The position numbers and the translations under genes were made by a program. Shown here piece by piece: positions 25,032 to 38,250 of a DNA stretch of 64,000 nt (its first letter is position 1; every line of letters begins with the position of its first letter). A model generated the notes under the pieces. The model saw nothing but the letters and a program-made list of their open reading frames with translations, did no database searches and was not told the origin of the DNA. The DNA is from Takakia lepidozioides (Eukaryota > Plantae > Bryophyta): contig CM060734.1 of the NCBI GenBank assembly GCA_030704615.1, positions 27,466,001 through 27,530,000 on the forward strand, in the 5' to 3' direction.

Positions 25032-26130
25032 CTCGCCCATTGCCCTAAACTTTTGCTTTCTTTGCCCTTCCCTGCCCGGACCTTGCACGCACTTCCCCAT
25101 TATGCAATTTGGGGGAATGATAAGAACAACCTTCCAGAGGGTATTCTAATATTATTTGGATTAAGCAGTTTTAAACTTGACATGAACAACCTTCCGAAAG
25201 GTATCCATCACGCATGACCTAATGGTAGGAACAACCATCAGTAAGGTATTAAACATATTTGTTTCGATTTTTATGCAAGTTAAAAAATGACACGGAACAA
25301 TCTTCCGGAGGGTACACCAATATGTTTGGATAGAGCAATTTTATAATTGAGATGAACAACCTTCCAGCTGGTTTCCATGTGCATGACCTAATGGTAGAAA
25401 CAACCTTCCGTAAGGTATTAAACAAATTTGTTTGGATTTTATGCAAGTTAAAAAATGAGTCACAACAACCTTCCAGAGGGTACTCTAACATTATTTGGAT
25501 TAAGCAATTTTAAACTTGACATGCACAACCTTCCGAAAGGTATCCATTGCGCATGACCTGATGGCAAAAACAACCTTCCGTGAGGTATTACACATATTTG
25601 TTTGGATATTATGTAAGTTAAAAAATGATAGAAACAACCTTCCGGAGGGTATACCAATATGTTTGGATTGAGCATTTTTAAAATTGATATGAACAACCTT
25701 ACGGGAGGTATCCATCGACATAACTCAGTGACAGAAATAACCTTTTGTAAGGTAAAAATATTATTTAGATTCTACTCAATTGAAAAATTGACAAGCACAA
25801 CCTTCTGGAGGGTATAATAACATTGAGGATTCAAAACTAGGAACAACCTTTTGGCAGGTACCCATCAAACAAGACTAAATGATAAAAACAACCTTATGTA
25901 AGATAAAACAATTTTTTTGGTTTATATTCAATCTGAAAATGAGCCTTGTTAGAGTTAGCAATTTTAGAGTACCCTCTGGAAGGTTGTTCTTATCATTCCC
26001 CCAAATTGCATAATGGTCGTCCCCTTAAAAAAATAAAAAATAAATAAAAATAATAATAATGGTGAAGTGCGTTCAAGGTCCGGGCAGGGAAGGGCAAAGG
26101 AAAAGCAAAAGTTTAGGGGCAATGGGCGAG
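25032..26130. mobile_element. Foldback/MITE-like element with approximately 118-bp TIRs and internal approximately 57-bp tandem repeats
   Basis: 25032-25149 is the reverse complement of 25964-26130, apart from a 46-bp insertion in the right arm. Internal ACAACCTTCC..GGTA repeats. Confidence 0.8.
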
Positions 26131-26678
26131 CCAATTTTGGCGAGCATGTGTGGCCAGGCGTGTGAAGCCTAGGGAGGTGCGCTGCTGGGGGACCAGGGAG
26201 CCAGCGTCATTACCAGTGTCCGGGAAATATTTTGAGTTGAACCAGCCAGTGGCCGCTCATTTTCAACACCAACCGGCTAAGTGGGTTGGGGGGTCGACTG
26301 CTGCCCCTTAGTGGTAACTTCAGGCGGTCAATTTCCTACATATTGTTTTACAACCGGTAATATTCCTTTTTTTTTTGGGTGTGTTCGGCTATAAATCCGG
26401 CCATTGTACATATCAACCGGTTCATTTCCTGCAAATGAAAATTAAATTCGGCTGCATACAAATTCAACAAATGAACAACAATAAATAATCGCAACCAATT
26501 TTAAGCAATTCAAACAAGTGCAGAAAAGTATCCTTGGCAGGAGTTGAACCTGTCAATGCCCTCCACCAGTTGGAGGCCAAGGATCGAACCCTTCTAAAAT
26601 GCAAGGACCTCAACCAAAAGTTGAAGGGCCTTGAATTTTAGAAGCGTTACCTATCTAAACAAACAAACAAACATAAAT

Positions 26679-28895
26679 TCAAAACTGCAAATCATCATTC
26701 GTACCTTCTGCATATGATGGCCCACCTTCTGGTTGTCCAACTATTGGCTGTCCAGCTAAATATAGCTCAGGATGAGAGAACAAATGTCTGAAGTTTGTGG
26801 AGTTCTTCCACAAAGATATGGCCTCAATCAAAACAGGTTGACATGCCTGCACACTTGGCCCTTCCAAAGCAACACGAAGCACACTTTCCAAGTTCTTTGT
26901 TTTCAACTTGTTTCGAAATTTAGTTTTGATTGAGTTTTGAACTGAGAATGCCCTCTCACATGCGGCAGTGCTTACACATTGAACTCGAGCAATTTCAGAA
27001 AGCACAAACAAGTTTTCATACTTCATCGTTAGAGAAGGGTTCCAAGTCACCATGCCCCAAAGATCCTTGAAAGTTTTCTCCATCCACTCGGTACTTGCCT
27101 GTAGTTTGAAAGCAAAGAACTCTCGTTTCACCGCTGCTATGTCAACAAGGGCAGGCAATGTCCTTCCTGCAATATGTCTTTCGACACCATAGTGCGCACA
27201 TAATATTTCCAACTCTACTACACCCCAACTTGCTAACCCCACTTGCCTAGTTGGTAGGTTACATGGACTCAATATTTTGAATGCACTTACAACTCCGTTG
27301 TCCTCAAATCTGGCATCCAAAGCATTGCAAACAGCCTCTGCATAAAGCTTTTGGAAGGTAAGTGCTGCCTCCAAATCACCCCCCATCCTCTCTCGTGTCA
27401 TTTGTACACCATGAAAATTGGATCCCCTAATCTCAGAGGCTAGCCGCCTCAAATACCCACCAGGAGGACCAAATTCCGGGATGATGTGATAACCCATTTC
27501 CTCATTGAAGGTAGATTGGTTCAAATCCGTGCTATCCTCAATGAAAAACATTCGTATTTGTGCAATCTCTGTCTTAACTATGGACCCAATGCTGGTTACA
27601 TCCACAAACTTCCATTGGAACACACATGAGAGTAGAGATAGTGCAACATATCAGCCAAAAAATACAAGACATAAATCATTTTGAATGACCTAAGCTTGTT
27701 ATACAAAAGAGAGGCTGATCCATCATCATTGGCAACCGGCACATCTCTAAAATACGTGACAACACTCTCAAGACTATCACAAAGCGATGTCACGGCCTGC
27801 CACCTAGATAACCAACGAATCTTGTGAAACCTTTTGAGGCACTTCTGAGCATCATTAAGCTCGGTCTGCAAAGCTTGCAAGGTTGCCTTACGCTTAGATG
27901 ATTTGCGAAAATGACCAGCAAGAGAGTTCAAAAGTGTGTCAACCTCATTTGAAATAAGATGACATGCTGATGTCTACGCAATGGACGGCCAACATAAAGG
28001 GGTTTACCTTTTGCTTAAGACGAGCAGCCACGCCGGATCGAGCCCCCACCATGGTTGCTGCCCCATCCGAACCAAACCCCAAAAACTTATCTACATCCAA
28101 ACCCCACTCTTTCAAACTAGTTAGTAAACACTCATATATCATTGCGGCATCCTTCTTGCCATCAATAATCTGAAGTAAACCCAAAAACAGAGTGACTGGC
28201 AAACCCTCTTCAACAAAAGAAGCAAAAACAACAAGATGACCGGTCACTGAAATGTCAGTTGACTCATCTATCATGATTCCATAGTACTTGGAATCCTTCA
28301 CTCTATCCAACACTTTTTTCTGAACAACACATGAGATACAATACAATATATCAGCACACGACTTCTCATCATGGTACAGTTTCTGGGTAATACAAGCTTT
28401 GAGAGTAACCAAAAGTTGACACAAACCTGGAAATTTGCTAAATGGCAAGGCCTCCAAACCAATGTAGTAAGCAACTTGGAAAAGAGCCAAAACAACATCA
28501 TCACAAGCTCGATTAGCACTAGCTATGGCTTTCTCCATGGCTTTCTTACCAGATTGTAGGGCCCAAGAGAACTTACGATGCTCTTCTGACCTAGCATGGT
28601 CTTGGAATGAACTCACCTTGACATTGACAGAACCAGCATTTGCAAAGACTGTCCTCCTTCCTTTCCCTCTACAAACTTTACAAAAAACCCTACCTAGATC
28701 ATGGTTAAACTCAATCCAATCAAATTGAGTGTACCAAACATCTTTCCATGCTTTCTGGGCTGCCTCTACACTATTCGATGGCTTGTCCATACCACTTGAA
28801 GATGAGGCAGGGGGGACAGCGGAAGGAGACTCCTCATCACAATCACCAGTGCGACCAGCCCTAAATAACATTAGATTCCTTTGGCGCTTGGCCAT
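26679..28895 (-). pseudogene. hAT transposase (ZNF862/DUF4371-like with hATC dimerisation domain), two frame breaks
   Basis: FCKVC..H zinc finger, IMIDESTD, FGSDGAATMVG, VHCV, IRWLSR, STAACERAFS; breaks near 27950-27975 and 27610. Confidence 0.92.
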
Positions 28896-29374
28896 AGCCA
28901 AGACCTTACAAAATACAAATTTATAGCACGGAAATTGCAACAAGGAAGGGCCAGCGAGTGCAAGCAGGCGGGAGCGTCGGCAGCACATCAACATACAGCC
29001 AGTGGTAAGTGCGGGCCCCGGCAGGTGACATGTGGACTTAGCAAAGAACGAGTGCAAGGCCTGCCAACTGCCTGAAGCAAATCAGAAAATAGAAGGGGAG
29101 GTGGGTCAGAAATGGGTGCGAGGTGAGTTGCAGCCCTCCCAGCCGCCTTTGCCCGACACAAAATAGACACAGCTTGTGCCTGCTGCAAAGCAACAGAAAC
29201 CGTGGTCGAAAGAACGGTAGAAGAACCGAAGGGGGAGGCCTACCAATGCCCTTGCTTTTTACTGCATGATGAGCACAAAGTATGCAGAAAGTCATGTAGC
29301 TGTAGACTTCGAAAGGCAAAAGTCATAACCTCTCACTAGGAAAAGCAAAGACATAACCAAATGAAACAAAGACT

Positions 29375-29850
29375 CATGCCTGGGCCTTGAAGTGTGGTAG
29401 CACGCAGCGAGTGCAAGCAGGCGGGAGCGTCGGCAGCACATCAACATACAGCCAGTGGTAAGTGCGGGCCCGGCAGGTGAGCAAAGGACTTAGCAAAGAA
29501 CGAATGCAAGGCTGAAAACATGCCTGGGCCTTGAAGTGCGGTAGCACGCAGCGAGTGCAAGCAGGCGGGAGCGTCGGCAGCACATCAACATACAGCCAGT
29601 GGTAAGTGCGGGCCCGGCAGGTGAGCAAAGGACTTAGCAAAGAACGAGTGCAAGGCTCTTCTAGGGTTTGCCCCCAACCACCCTGGCTCCGTCCGTTGGA
29701 TGTAACCAGGCGTGGGCCCTGGCATGCTGGATTTCCGCCACGTGGCAAGGCTCTTCTAGTCTCTTCTAGGGTTTGCCCCCAACCACCCTGACCCCGTCCG
29801 TTGGATGTAACCAGGCCTGGGCCCTGGCATGCTGGATTTCCGGCACGTGG
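29375..29850. repeat. Tandem duplications inside the hAT element (2 x about 144 bp, then 2 x about 105 bp)
   Basis: CATGCCTGGGCCTTGAAGTG at 29375 and 29519, with a related copy at about 28953-29060; CTCTTCTAGGGTTTGCCCCCAACC twice. Confidence 0.85.
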
Positions 29851-32255
29851 CAGCATTCAACGGCCATTTTCCGTTTTCTTATAAGATAAGAACGGCTGGA
29901 ATCCGTCCAGGCGTGCCAACTAAGGCATATTTCCGGCATTTACTGATACGGAAAGGCAAAAATCCGTCCTCTGAGTCAGGCACTCGGATGATTTCCTCTT
30001 GGGCCATTTTTTCCGTCGGTTCATTTTCCGGAGGTTTCATGTCATACCCGGGAATTCCAGGATGGCACTCGGCTGGCATGTAACTGGCTGCCGGTTCTTC
30101 CCGTTCATTGGTCATTACGACGTGGCTACCAAAAATTCGCGGGCGGCTTAGCCTCTCGTTCTCCCTTAGTTTTTCTGACATGATCTGCCTCTTGAACTCT
30201 GGTTAGTGAGCAGTGCCTCCTTGTTGGTCTCATGGCTTCCCTGCAAGGTTATTTTTTCCTTGCTTGTACCCCCTTTTTACCTTATTAATAAAAGTTATCA
30301 GGGCCTCTGTCCCAGATTTGCCTCTTTGTCCGGCGTGTACTAGAACTTGAAAATTCAAGTATCTTCACTATAAACGTACTTCAACTTGCCTACTCGACTT
30401 GTTGTCCATGTCTCCATTCACCACTCGCCTCGATCTCTTTCTCCAGTGGAAGCTATTGCGTACCGAGCAAGAGCGTGATCCGCCAGCTCGTAGTGCGGGG
30501 AATTTTTCCATTGGTTTTCACATTCCTTCTTCCCTCATCACTACTTGGTTGTTGTGGGCTTGACGCTCAAAACACATGTATTTTTAGTCTGGTTCGGACA
30601 AGTGCAGTTTCTTCTTGTGTAAGCTTCATCAGCCCCGCAAAGCATGATTTTCCTGGTTATCCATTCTTTGTCCTCCAAGACGTCAATACGGCCTGAAACA
30701 TGTCGGAGATGATATATTCACTAAATTGTGAAATCTGGTCGTTCTTTTCAAATTGCAGCCCTTGCAGTTCTGGATTTTGTTAGACATTCTCTCATGTGCA
30801 TCCTTCAGGTGGACTTGTGATCTGCGGGCAGGGAATTCAGTTCCTTGGAGATGCTATTTTGCGTGCTCTAGACTGATTAAGGGACATAGATAGAGATATT
30901 GGTATGTACATTCCCTTATGACTAGGGTTGATGGGAGCTATATCCTTGAAGAAAGTCTGTACACAGAATAGTTGGACATACTGGCAGAGCTCAGTGTCAG
31001 AGATAGAGACAGTTGCTTCACATTTTGGCTCCTAACCAACATCTTGCTTGCTTTCTAAGCCAACGGTTGCTGAGTGGTGAAGCCAGGTGCATCTTCTATC
31101 TGATTCGTCATTGTCATCAGGAGGAAGTGGTTAGGAGGGTCATACGAGCAAACCATGTTTGTATAACACTGTCAGCGTCCCGAGAAATGAGGCTCTCACC
31201 TTCTACCTTTACATCGTCATCTTACCTTAGCCAATCTTCAAATCTTCATTATGACATAGTCAATTTAGGAGACTGGAGTTTAGCACGATACGAGGAGTGC
31301 CTACTGACAAGGGAAGATGCACGGAGGATACAAAGAGGGTGAAGCGGCTGCAGGAAAGAGAAGGGTGCAGCGGCTATCGCAGGAAGTGCATTCGTGGGTC
31401 TTTTTATGCTCCAGAAGAGTACGCTCCTTGTAGTCGAGACAGGTCGGTTGTTGTTCTCAGTACGACCTAATTTTTTGACACAGCTGCTGATTGAAATCAT
31501 TATCAGAATAGAACTTGTAGAGTAGACTGCGTGCCGTTAACTTTCTGATGAAGGGAATGTAGCCTTGTAGAGCCAGGGGACACGAAGCACTTCTCCCTCC
31601 CTTGCACGCAAGCAGAGGTTAGATGCCTACCTCATTCCTTCTGCCCCGATCAGTACTTCCGTCAGCTCCTTTGCCAGTGGGATTCACAGGGGAACATTGG
31701 ACAACTAGGCCTGGAATCGCCACTTGCTTATTGCAAAGGACTTCTTCATTAAAAGTCACTGCAAATGTGGGTTGACATTCTGGCAGCCTGTCAGTTACAC
31801 TGTCTTAGCCAATCTTACACTTCCTGCAATTTTATTGATCAGATGTGGAACTAAATGCAGAGATTGTGTTAGAGGGTGCTCGCAGATTCCACTTCTACCA
31901 AGGGCTTGCTGCCCCTCTCCTCCTCTTCTCTGCTTCTATGCAGCTATTGGAGCAGGACTTCTGCCAGACTCCTTTTTAAGAATGCATCGATTTATAGCTC
32001 ATAAAACCTTTATATCACACAAGTATCAATCGCGTCCGTCCTCCCGTCTGGTCCGAGCTCCTCCGCTCCTGCTCCGCTCACGGGTGGGGGCAGCCACAAA
32101 GCTACTCTTGTTTGTGTTTTGTGTTTGTGTTCAAGTTGTGTTATTGTTGCATCTTTCTGTTTCTTCATTTTGAAGAGATTTTTCCTCTCTTGCTCAGATT
32201 TCTTCACATCAATCTAAAATGCTAGTATTTCTCATCCGCAAAGTGGAAACAAGCA

Positions 32256-34909
32256 ATGGTGGTTTTTGAAGCAATCAGTGGAGACGAAAACGAAGGAGTG
32301 AAACAACTGGCATTGGAACATGGCGATAGTGAACCAGTGGTGACATGGCTTAAGCATGCACAACATCTGGCACCCCTTGTTGCCGCAGAGGCCTCTTCTG
32401 TGAGGGCATTTCTAGGAAAATGGAAGGCCTTAAGAAACCGATTGCTGCAATTGCTGGCCCTACTGGATAAGCTTGCAGATCCTTGGTGCTCTGAAGTCAC
32501 AAGTTGCAGGGATCTCTTGCAGGTAATTTAGCTTTTACATGTCATAGGGTTCGCAGAAAGCAAGTACAACCACATTTGGTTTGAACGCTTGGCATCCTAT
32601 ATATGCTGCAGTGATCAAGGCAGGAAAGAATTTGACAACTTGCCAGTGTTGCACCAGGTTGATTCTGCTACAGATGTGGAAAAGTATTATCATGAATATT
32701 GTGGACTCCAGTGTTCAGTTCAGATTAAGCATAATGTCACTTGTGGTCATTCTGTGGGAAACTTGAAATGCTCTTCCATATCGTGTCAGAATTCTCACCA
32801 CTCCTGATTCTGCTCCATGAAAAGCCCTGCCAGGGGCGACTGTGACGGGAGTCTTACAGTGCTGTCGTGAGAGTCAGAACCATGTGGTTTAATTTCAGGA
32901 CAGGTTTTACCCAAGTCAGGCTGCTGAGTACCTAAGACTGGAAGACACACTGCTGCTTGTCTTTCCCTTTCTAGTAGGTCTAGGTCATTCACACTGAAGG
33001 TTTTGTGTGCAGGCTATTGTTTCAAGTCTGGAAGAGGCCCATGTGCTGGCAAAGAAATGCACAGATCTGAGCTATGGCGGAAAACTCCATACGCAAAGCA
33101 ACCTGGACTCACTCACTGGGAAGCTTGATCTCCATATTCATGACTGTCAACTGATGGTCAAGAGTGGAATTTTGCAAGAGAACCCTCTGGCTATTTGTCG
33201 GGTGACCCCTGAGTCAACCAGGGAAGCCATACGGTGGACTATCAGAGACCTGCTTGCCTGCCTTCAGATTGGGAGCTCTGACTGCAAGCAGAAAGCACTA
33301 GACAGCTTGGTCCGGGTTATGTCAGAAGATGACAAGAATGTTCTGGTTGTTGCGGGGCAGGGTGCGGTTACGGCATTGGTACATTTGTTGGATGCCAGCC
33401 AATCTTCTATAAGGGAGAAAGCAGCTGCTGCTATGTGTAGGCTGGCCCTGAATGACAGTTGTGCACATTTGGTGGTTAGTGAAGGAGCTATAGCTCCCCT
33501 TGTCCGTCTTCTTGAGTCTGGGAGCTCTCTCGCGCAAGAGAAAGCTACTGCTGGACTGCAAGGCTTGTCGTTTGCTGCAGAGAATGCATGTGCAGTTGCG
33601 GCCCATGGTGGGATCCCTGCCCTTGTAGAAATTTGTCGGATGGGCACACCAGGAGCACAAGCTGCTGCTGTAGGGTCCTTAAGAAATCTTGGGGCGGTAG
33701 CAGAGCTCAGAACTAGCATTGCGGAAGACGGGGCAATCCCTATTATCATTAAGTTGGTTACATCAGGTACAGCCATTGCACAAGAGAGTGCCGTGGCCAC
33801 CTTACAAAACTTGGCTGTGAGTGATGATTCAATCAGGCAGGCCATTGTTAGAGAGGGGGGGATCCAACCCTTGCTGAGATCCTTGGACAATGCAACTGGA
33901 CCACGGTCCCAAGAAATAGCTATTGGAGCACTCCGCAACCTTGCTGCTTGCATGGTGAATACTGAAGGTCTTGTAGCAGCAGGATTTCTTCCACGCCTTG
34001 TAGGGATCCTTCAGAATGGAGCAGTCACAGCACAACAGGTTGCAGCTGCTGCTGTGTGCCACATGGCAGCCACAGCAGATACCAGAAGGCTGTTGGGGGA
34101 TGCAGGCACAATCCCACCATTGGTGAAGATGCTGGATGCCAAAACTTGTACTGCACAAGAGTATTCTGCCCAGGTATTGTGTATTTCTTGAATATCTATT
34201 GCACTCCAATGTGGGATTATGGCTAGCCCTAGGCCCATAAAAAATTTCTCATGAGTTCGATACTTCCTGGCTTTTATACAAGCTTTTCAGCGACAATTAA
34301 TAGATTCTATGATGTTTGAAATTTAACATGGTTTGATGCAAGGCTGACGGCTGGTTTGGGACCACCAGATATAAATTCTGGACCAGTTCAAGTCAACGCT
34401 TTGTACAGATCATACCTACGCAGTGTCCCTAAGTCTTTGCTCAGGCCCTCACGGAGTAATAGTGATAAGTGATGTGTCTGCAGGCATTGTCAAGCCTTCT
34501 CCTAGTGGATGGAAATCGCAAGCGCTTCTTGACAGAGGAAAGGGGTATTATGGGGCTGGTCCTGTTACTAGATACTCGGTCCCCAGGGGTTGCAAAGCAA
34601 TTTCCAATTGCCGCATTACTCACGCTTGTTGGCAATATCAAGTGTAGAAAGCAAATGGTGGTTGCAGGTGCCAGCTACCACCTCCGGATGCTGGCGGACA
34701 TGGAAATCACAGGTGCAAAGCGGCTGTTGGATAGGTTAGAAAGTGGCAAGCTGCGCAGCATCCTCAGCCGAACACTGCTGGCAAGTACTTTGATCATTTT
34801 ATTGGGTTGCATCTCTAACATAAACTGTCAAATGTGTAAGTCTGTGTTGCTGAATGTGGAGAGACTCCTCCCTTTCTCTCCCCGAATTTCAGAAGCAGCA
34901 AGTTCATGA
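32256..34909 (+). CDS. Plant ARM-repeat protein (Vac8-like armadillo superfamily); exons 32256-32522, 33013-34173, 34484-34909 (3' end uncertain)
   Basis: GT-AG introns in phase 0 (CAG|GTAATT at 32523; TGCAG|GCT at 33013; CAG|GTATTG at 34174; TGCAG|GCA at 34484). N-terminal FLGKWKALRNRL..SYGGKLHTQSNLD domain, ARM repeats (EGAIAPLVRLL, HGGIPALVEIC, EGGIQPLL), C-terminal GAKRLLDRLESGKLRSI. No internal stops. Confidence 0.93.
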
Positions 34910-36641
34910 CATTCTCAGCATCATGTAAGGGGGCTTTATCCATCTGCACATTTTAGCAGCTCTGCTATGCAAGAAATGGTTGAATTATCTTGTCCTCTGA
35001 GATCGACTATCTTTCGAAACAGTAGTCTATCTGCTCTTTTGTCGTTTGACTAAAATATTATTCGGTTCTTCTTCATCAGTCTTTTGTCTTAATTTTATGG
35101 AGCATTCACTGTTGCCTTGGATTTGGTCCATCTTTCTAATGGTTAGCTTTCAATTGCAAGCCTGCAGTTCTCTGCTCTTACATTCATAATATAGTTCTTG
35201 TCTTACTACCAACGTCAGCCCCTGACAGAGGTAGGTTCTGTCCCTTTTGTTCCCACTCAAACTGGGCGCGGGGTCAATGGCCACAAGGCTACGGCAAACA
35301 ACGTCTTATGAGTACAATATAGTTCTTGTGTCAATAAATCATCATACTTCTGTGTAATTTATGAGGTCAGTCTGAAGTTAATAAACTTTTAGATTTGAGC
35401 TTGGGAGTGGATTAGGTCCCAAAGGTACATTCACATGGCGGAGATCTGTGAGGGAGCTTCAGAGCAATTTTAAAATGGAGGTTGGGCAATTCTCCAAACC
35501 TCTTCTTGGGTCTCTTTCAAGCAGGACCTCAAGATCTACAGTGCCTCCTAGAAGCCCAGAATGAGGAATCCTTCATAAAGCATGTTGGAACAGGGGAGGA
35601 CTGTAATTTGCAATTTATTGTGCAGGCTGTCTGGTTGTTTATGTTTCACCATTGCTGGTCAATTCTAACGGAGGGTAGCCTCAGAGCACCTTGCTGTCTC
35701 TGTTTCGAACATGAAACAAGACCTGAATTTCTGTTATTTTAGAAATAGGCATTTTTTTTGTTCGTCATTTTCAGTCGTTTATGGGCATCAGTCGATTATG
35801 TTGACTAAGGTGCATGAACGTAAATTTGTGGTTGCAACCACCATGGTACATATACTGATAGAATTTGTTTTTTTCATTATGTGCGTGCAGATGGGAGGCT
35901 TGCATGGTTGACCCACAGAGAGACAAGGTGTATTTTGGAAGAATTTGCGAAGGATGTCGGGGTTCCGGGTGCATCATTGATGCCTATATTCTCAGTACCT
36001 TTGATCAACAGTAAATTGGGATAGTAGAATTATCAGTCTCTTAGGGGAGGGAAAATCCTACGTTGTTTACTTAAGTCTCGTACCTCCCAGGCAAATCCCT
36101 TTGGATGAGATCTGTGCAAATACAACCTAAAGAGGAGATGCATATGCCCATTGGGGTTGTCTTCATTACGACCTTTTGTAGGTGGTTGACATGCGCTCCA
36201 CCTTCTTTGTTTACATCTCATGAATTGCAATGTATTATAACCTCAGTGATGGTCCAAACTAGCCTGTAGTAAGTTATTTCCTCTTTGTAGGCAGTGGGCT
36301 GAGCCTGTACTGATATTCTCAGAGTTGATCCTACAAGTAGCCTCTTTTCTATTTGGAATCGGTAAATGAGATCTAATACAGTGGTCTAATCTGTAGAAAT
36401 CCACCATGTGGCATTATGCCTGTTCATTATACCCATGGAACCAGTGTTGGACAGTTACCTGCTTGGCCCCCGGTTCTGAGGAATTGGACTCTGAACCTGA
36501 ACCGGGGTTTAGGGACATGGCAAGAACCGGATACCTGTCTGGCCCCTGGTTGCGGAGCCGGCGGTTCCATGGAACTGGACCGGATCCGGGCCCATCCATG
36601 CAGTACACGGATTGAACCAGGGTTTAGGGACATGACAGGAC

Positions 36642-38250
36642 CAGTGTTGGCGGGGTATGGCATGTGGACATGCATATCCGGCGGTTATTTGCCGGTTATG
36701 CACATATGCACAACCGGAAAGTGTAGCCCCCACAGGAACCGGCTATGGAAGGGAACCGGCAAAAGCCATCGAGCTTCCTAACCGGCTAGAGAACCGGCAT
36801 CGTGATTGTAAGGATGTTATACCCGGAGCAAGATCCGGAGCAAATGTGGATGTCGTAGAGGCGGTTCTAGATAATACAAGTCATGTAGGGGCTGGTGATG
36901 GTAGTTAAGAACATTACAGATGGACAGATCTTGAGGGGAATGTTATGTCTTACTAGTTACAATACATTTACATTGGTTAGGGAGAATGTCCAAGTATATA
37001 GGAAATTAATTAGTTGGGCATTTGGCTAAAATAATAGTTGTAAGCTGTAAGCTTAGGGTATTACAAGGGCAGAGCCCCAGAGATAGATGACAGGAGTTGA
37101 ACATTTGAAAATCAGATCCACAGGCCAACACACGAGTGGCTTACCACCAGGCCACAACCCTCTTGTAGTTTTACACACATACACAAAAAGTCTAGAAAAA
37201 GTAAAAAAAAAATAGTGGATGAATCCCATAACCTGTACCATGGAACCGGCATTTTTTAAGATGACATAACCGGTAGATTGAGAACTGGACAAAAAAAAAA
37301 TTCATGTGTTTAACCCCTAAAGGATGACGGGATCCGATTCGGGTCGCGTCAGATTACTTGCCAGGCTCCAATTCCCATGGATGATAGTGGATGGAAGTGA
37401 ACCTTGAAGATGAATTGTACATGTCAGAGAGGAGCACATGTGGGAATTTATAGCGCCAAAAAATCATAAAAGCTCTGCTCCCTAGAATTTTGCAAAGTGC
37501 CAGGGTTTCATGAAATCCAGTGTTAGAGCACCATTGACCTGCCTACGTGGCAGTCAAATGGGCAATGTTCAAGATTACATCTAGGGCTGAAAATTTATCA
37601 TAATGCCAAATTTTTTGGACAAGGCACCATGAAATATTATTGTGCACTTACTTACCAGAGGAATTGGAAAACAAATGTCACCTCATGGGTGTACTTGGGA
37701 AAGAAGCCAAAACAAGATTTTTTACCCCCCAGATTTCACATACAAAGCAGCCCCCCCATATTTTTGGCATTTTGGTCTGAGATTTTGGGAGATGACCTGC
37801 TGGTTGCCCCTTATCCAGATTCTGGAGGCCATTTCTTCAACAAAAAATGTAAAATCACCAAACTTGCATGGTCAAAGCAATTTTTCCTCTCTTTTTTTGT
37901 TCGTGGTTTCAACTTGGCCAATTTTCTTTTGTTATAATCTACTGAATGGAACGGTCAAAAGTGCTACAATTTTCTGAGGACCTTCATGTAGTAGGTAGGG
38001 ATAAAATGGAACGGTTCATCCAGCTGGATGTAAGGGGGTAGGAAGTTACAGCTCAGCAATGGAGGGTATGGCCCATTTTTTGGGAAAACTCCCAAAAGTT
38101 AGCTCGTCCTTTAGGGGTTAATGAGAACCTGTAACCGAGATGTTTTTTAAACCTATTGGTATACCCTGCCCCGGCCGTCCATTTTTTTCAAATAGTAGGC
38201 TATAACCGGGATCGGAAGAGGGCTCAAAACATGGTACCCGGCCAACATTG
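36642..38250. mobile_element. Non-autonomous hAT element
   Basis: Exact 8-bp TSD GACAGGAC (36634-36641 and 38251-38258); TIRs CAGTGTTGGCGGGG / CCCGGCCAACATTG; many AACCGG subterminal motifs. Confidence 0.9.
37314..38117. mobile_element. piggyBac-like MITE (804 bp) nested in the hAT element
   Basis: TTAA|CCCCTAAAGGATGA ... TCGTCCTTTAGGGG|TTAA: 14-bp TIR (1 mismatch) starting CCC, flanked by TTAA on both sides. Confidence 0.8.

Larger units (their letters stand above)
26214..30110 (-). mobile_element. hAT DNA transposon, full length (3897 bp)
   Basis: Exact 8-bp TSD GTCATTAC (26206-26213 and 30111-30118); imperfect TIRs CAGTGTCCGGGAA / TTCCCGTTCATTG; internal transposase. Confidence 0.92.

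Noticed and set aside
33264-33953. 229-aa antisense ORF
   Set aside because: It is a shadow of the Ala/Leu-rich ARM exon on the opposite strand.
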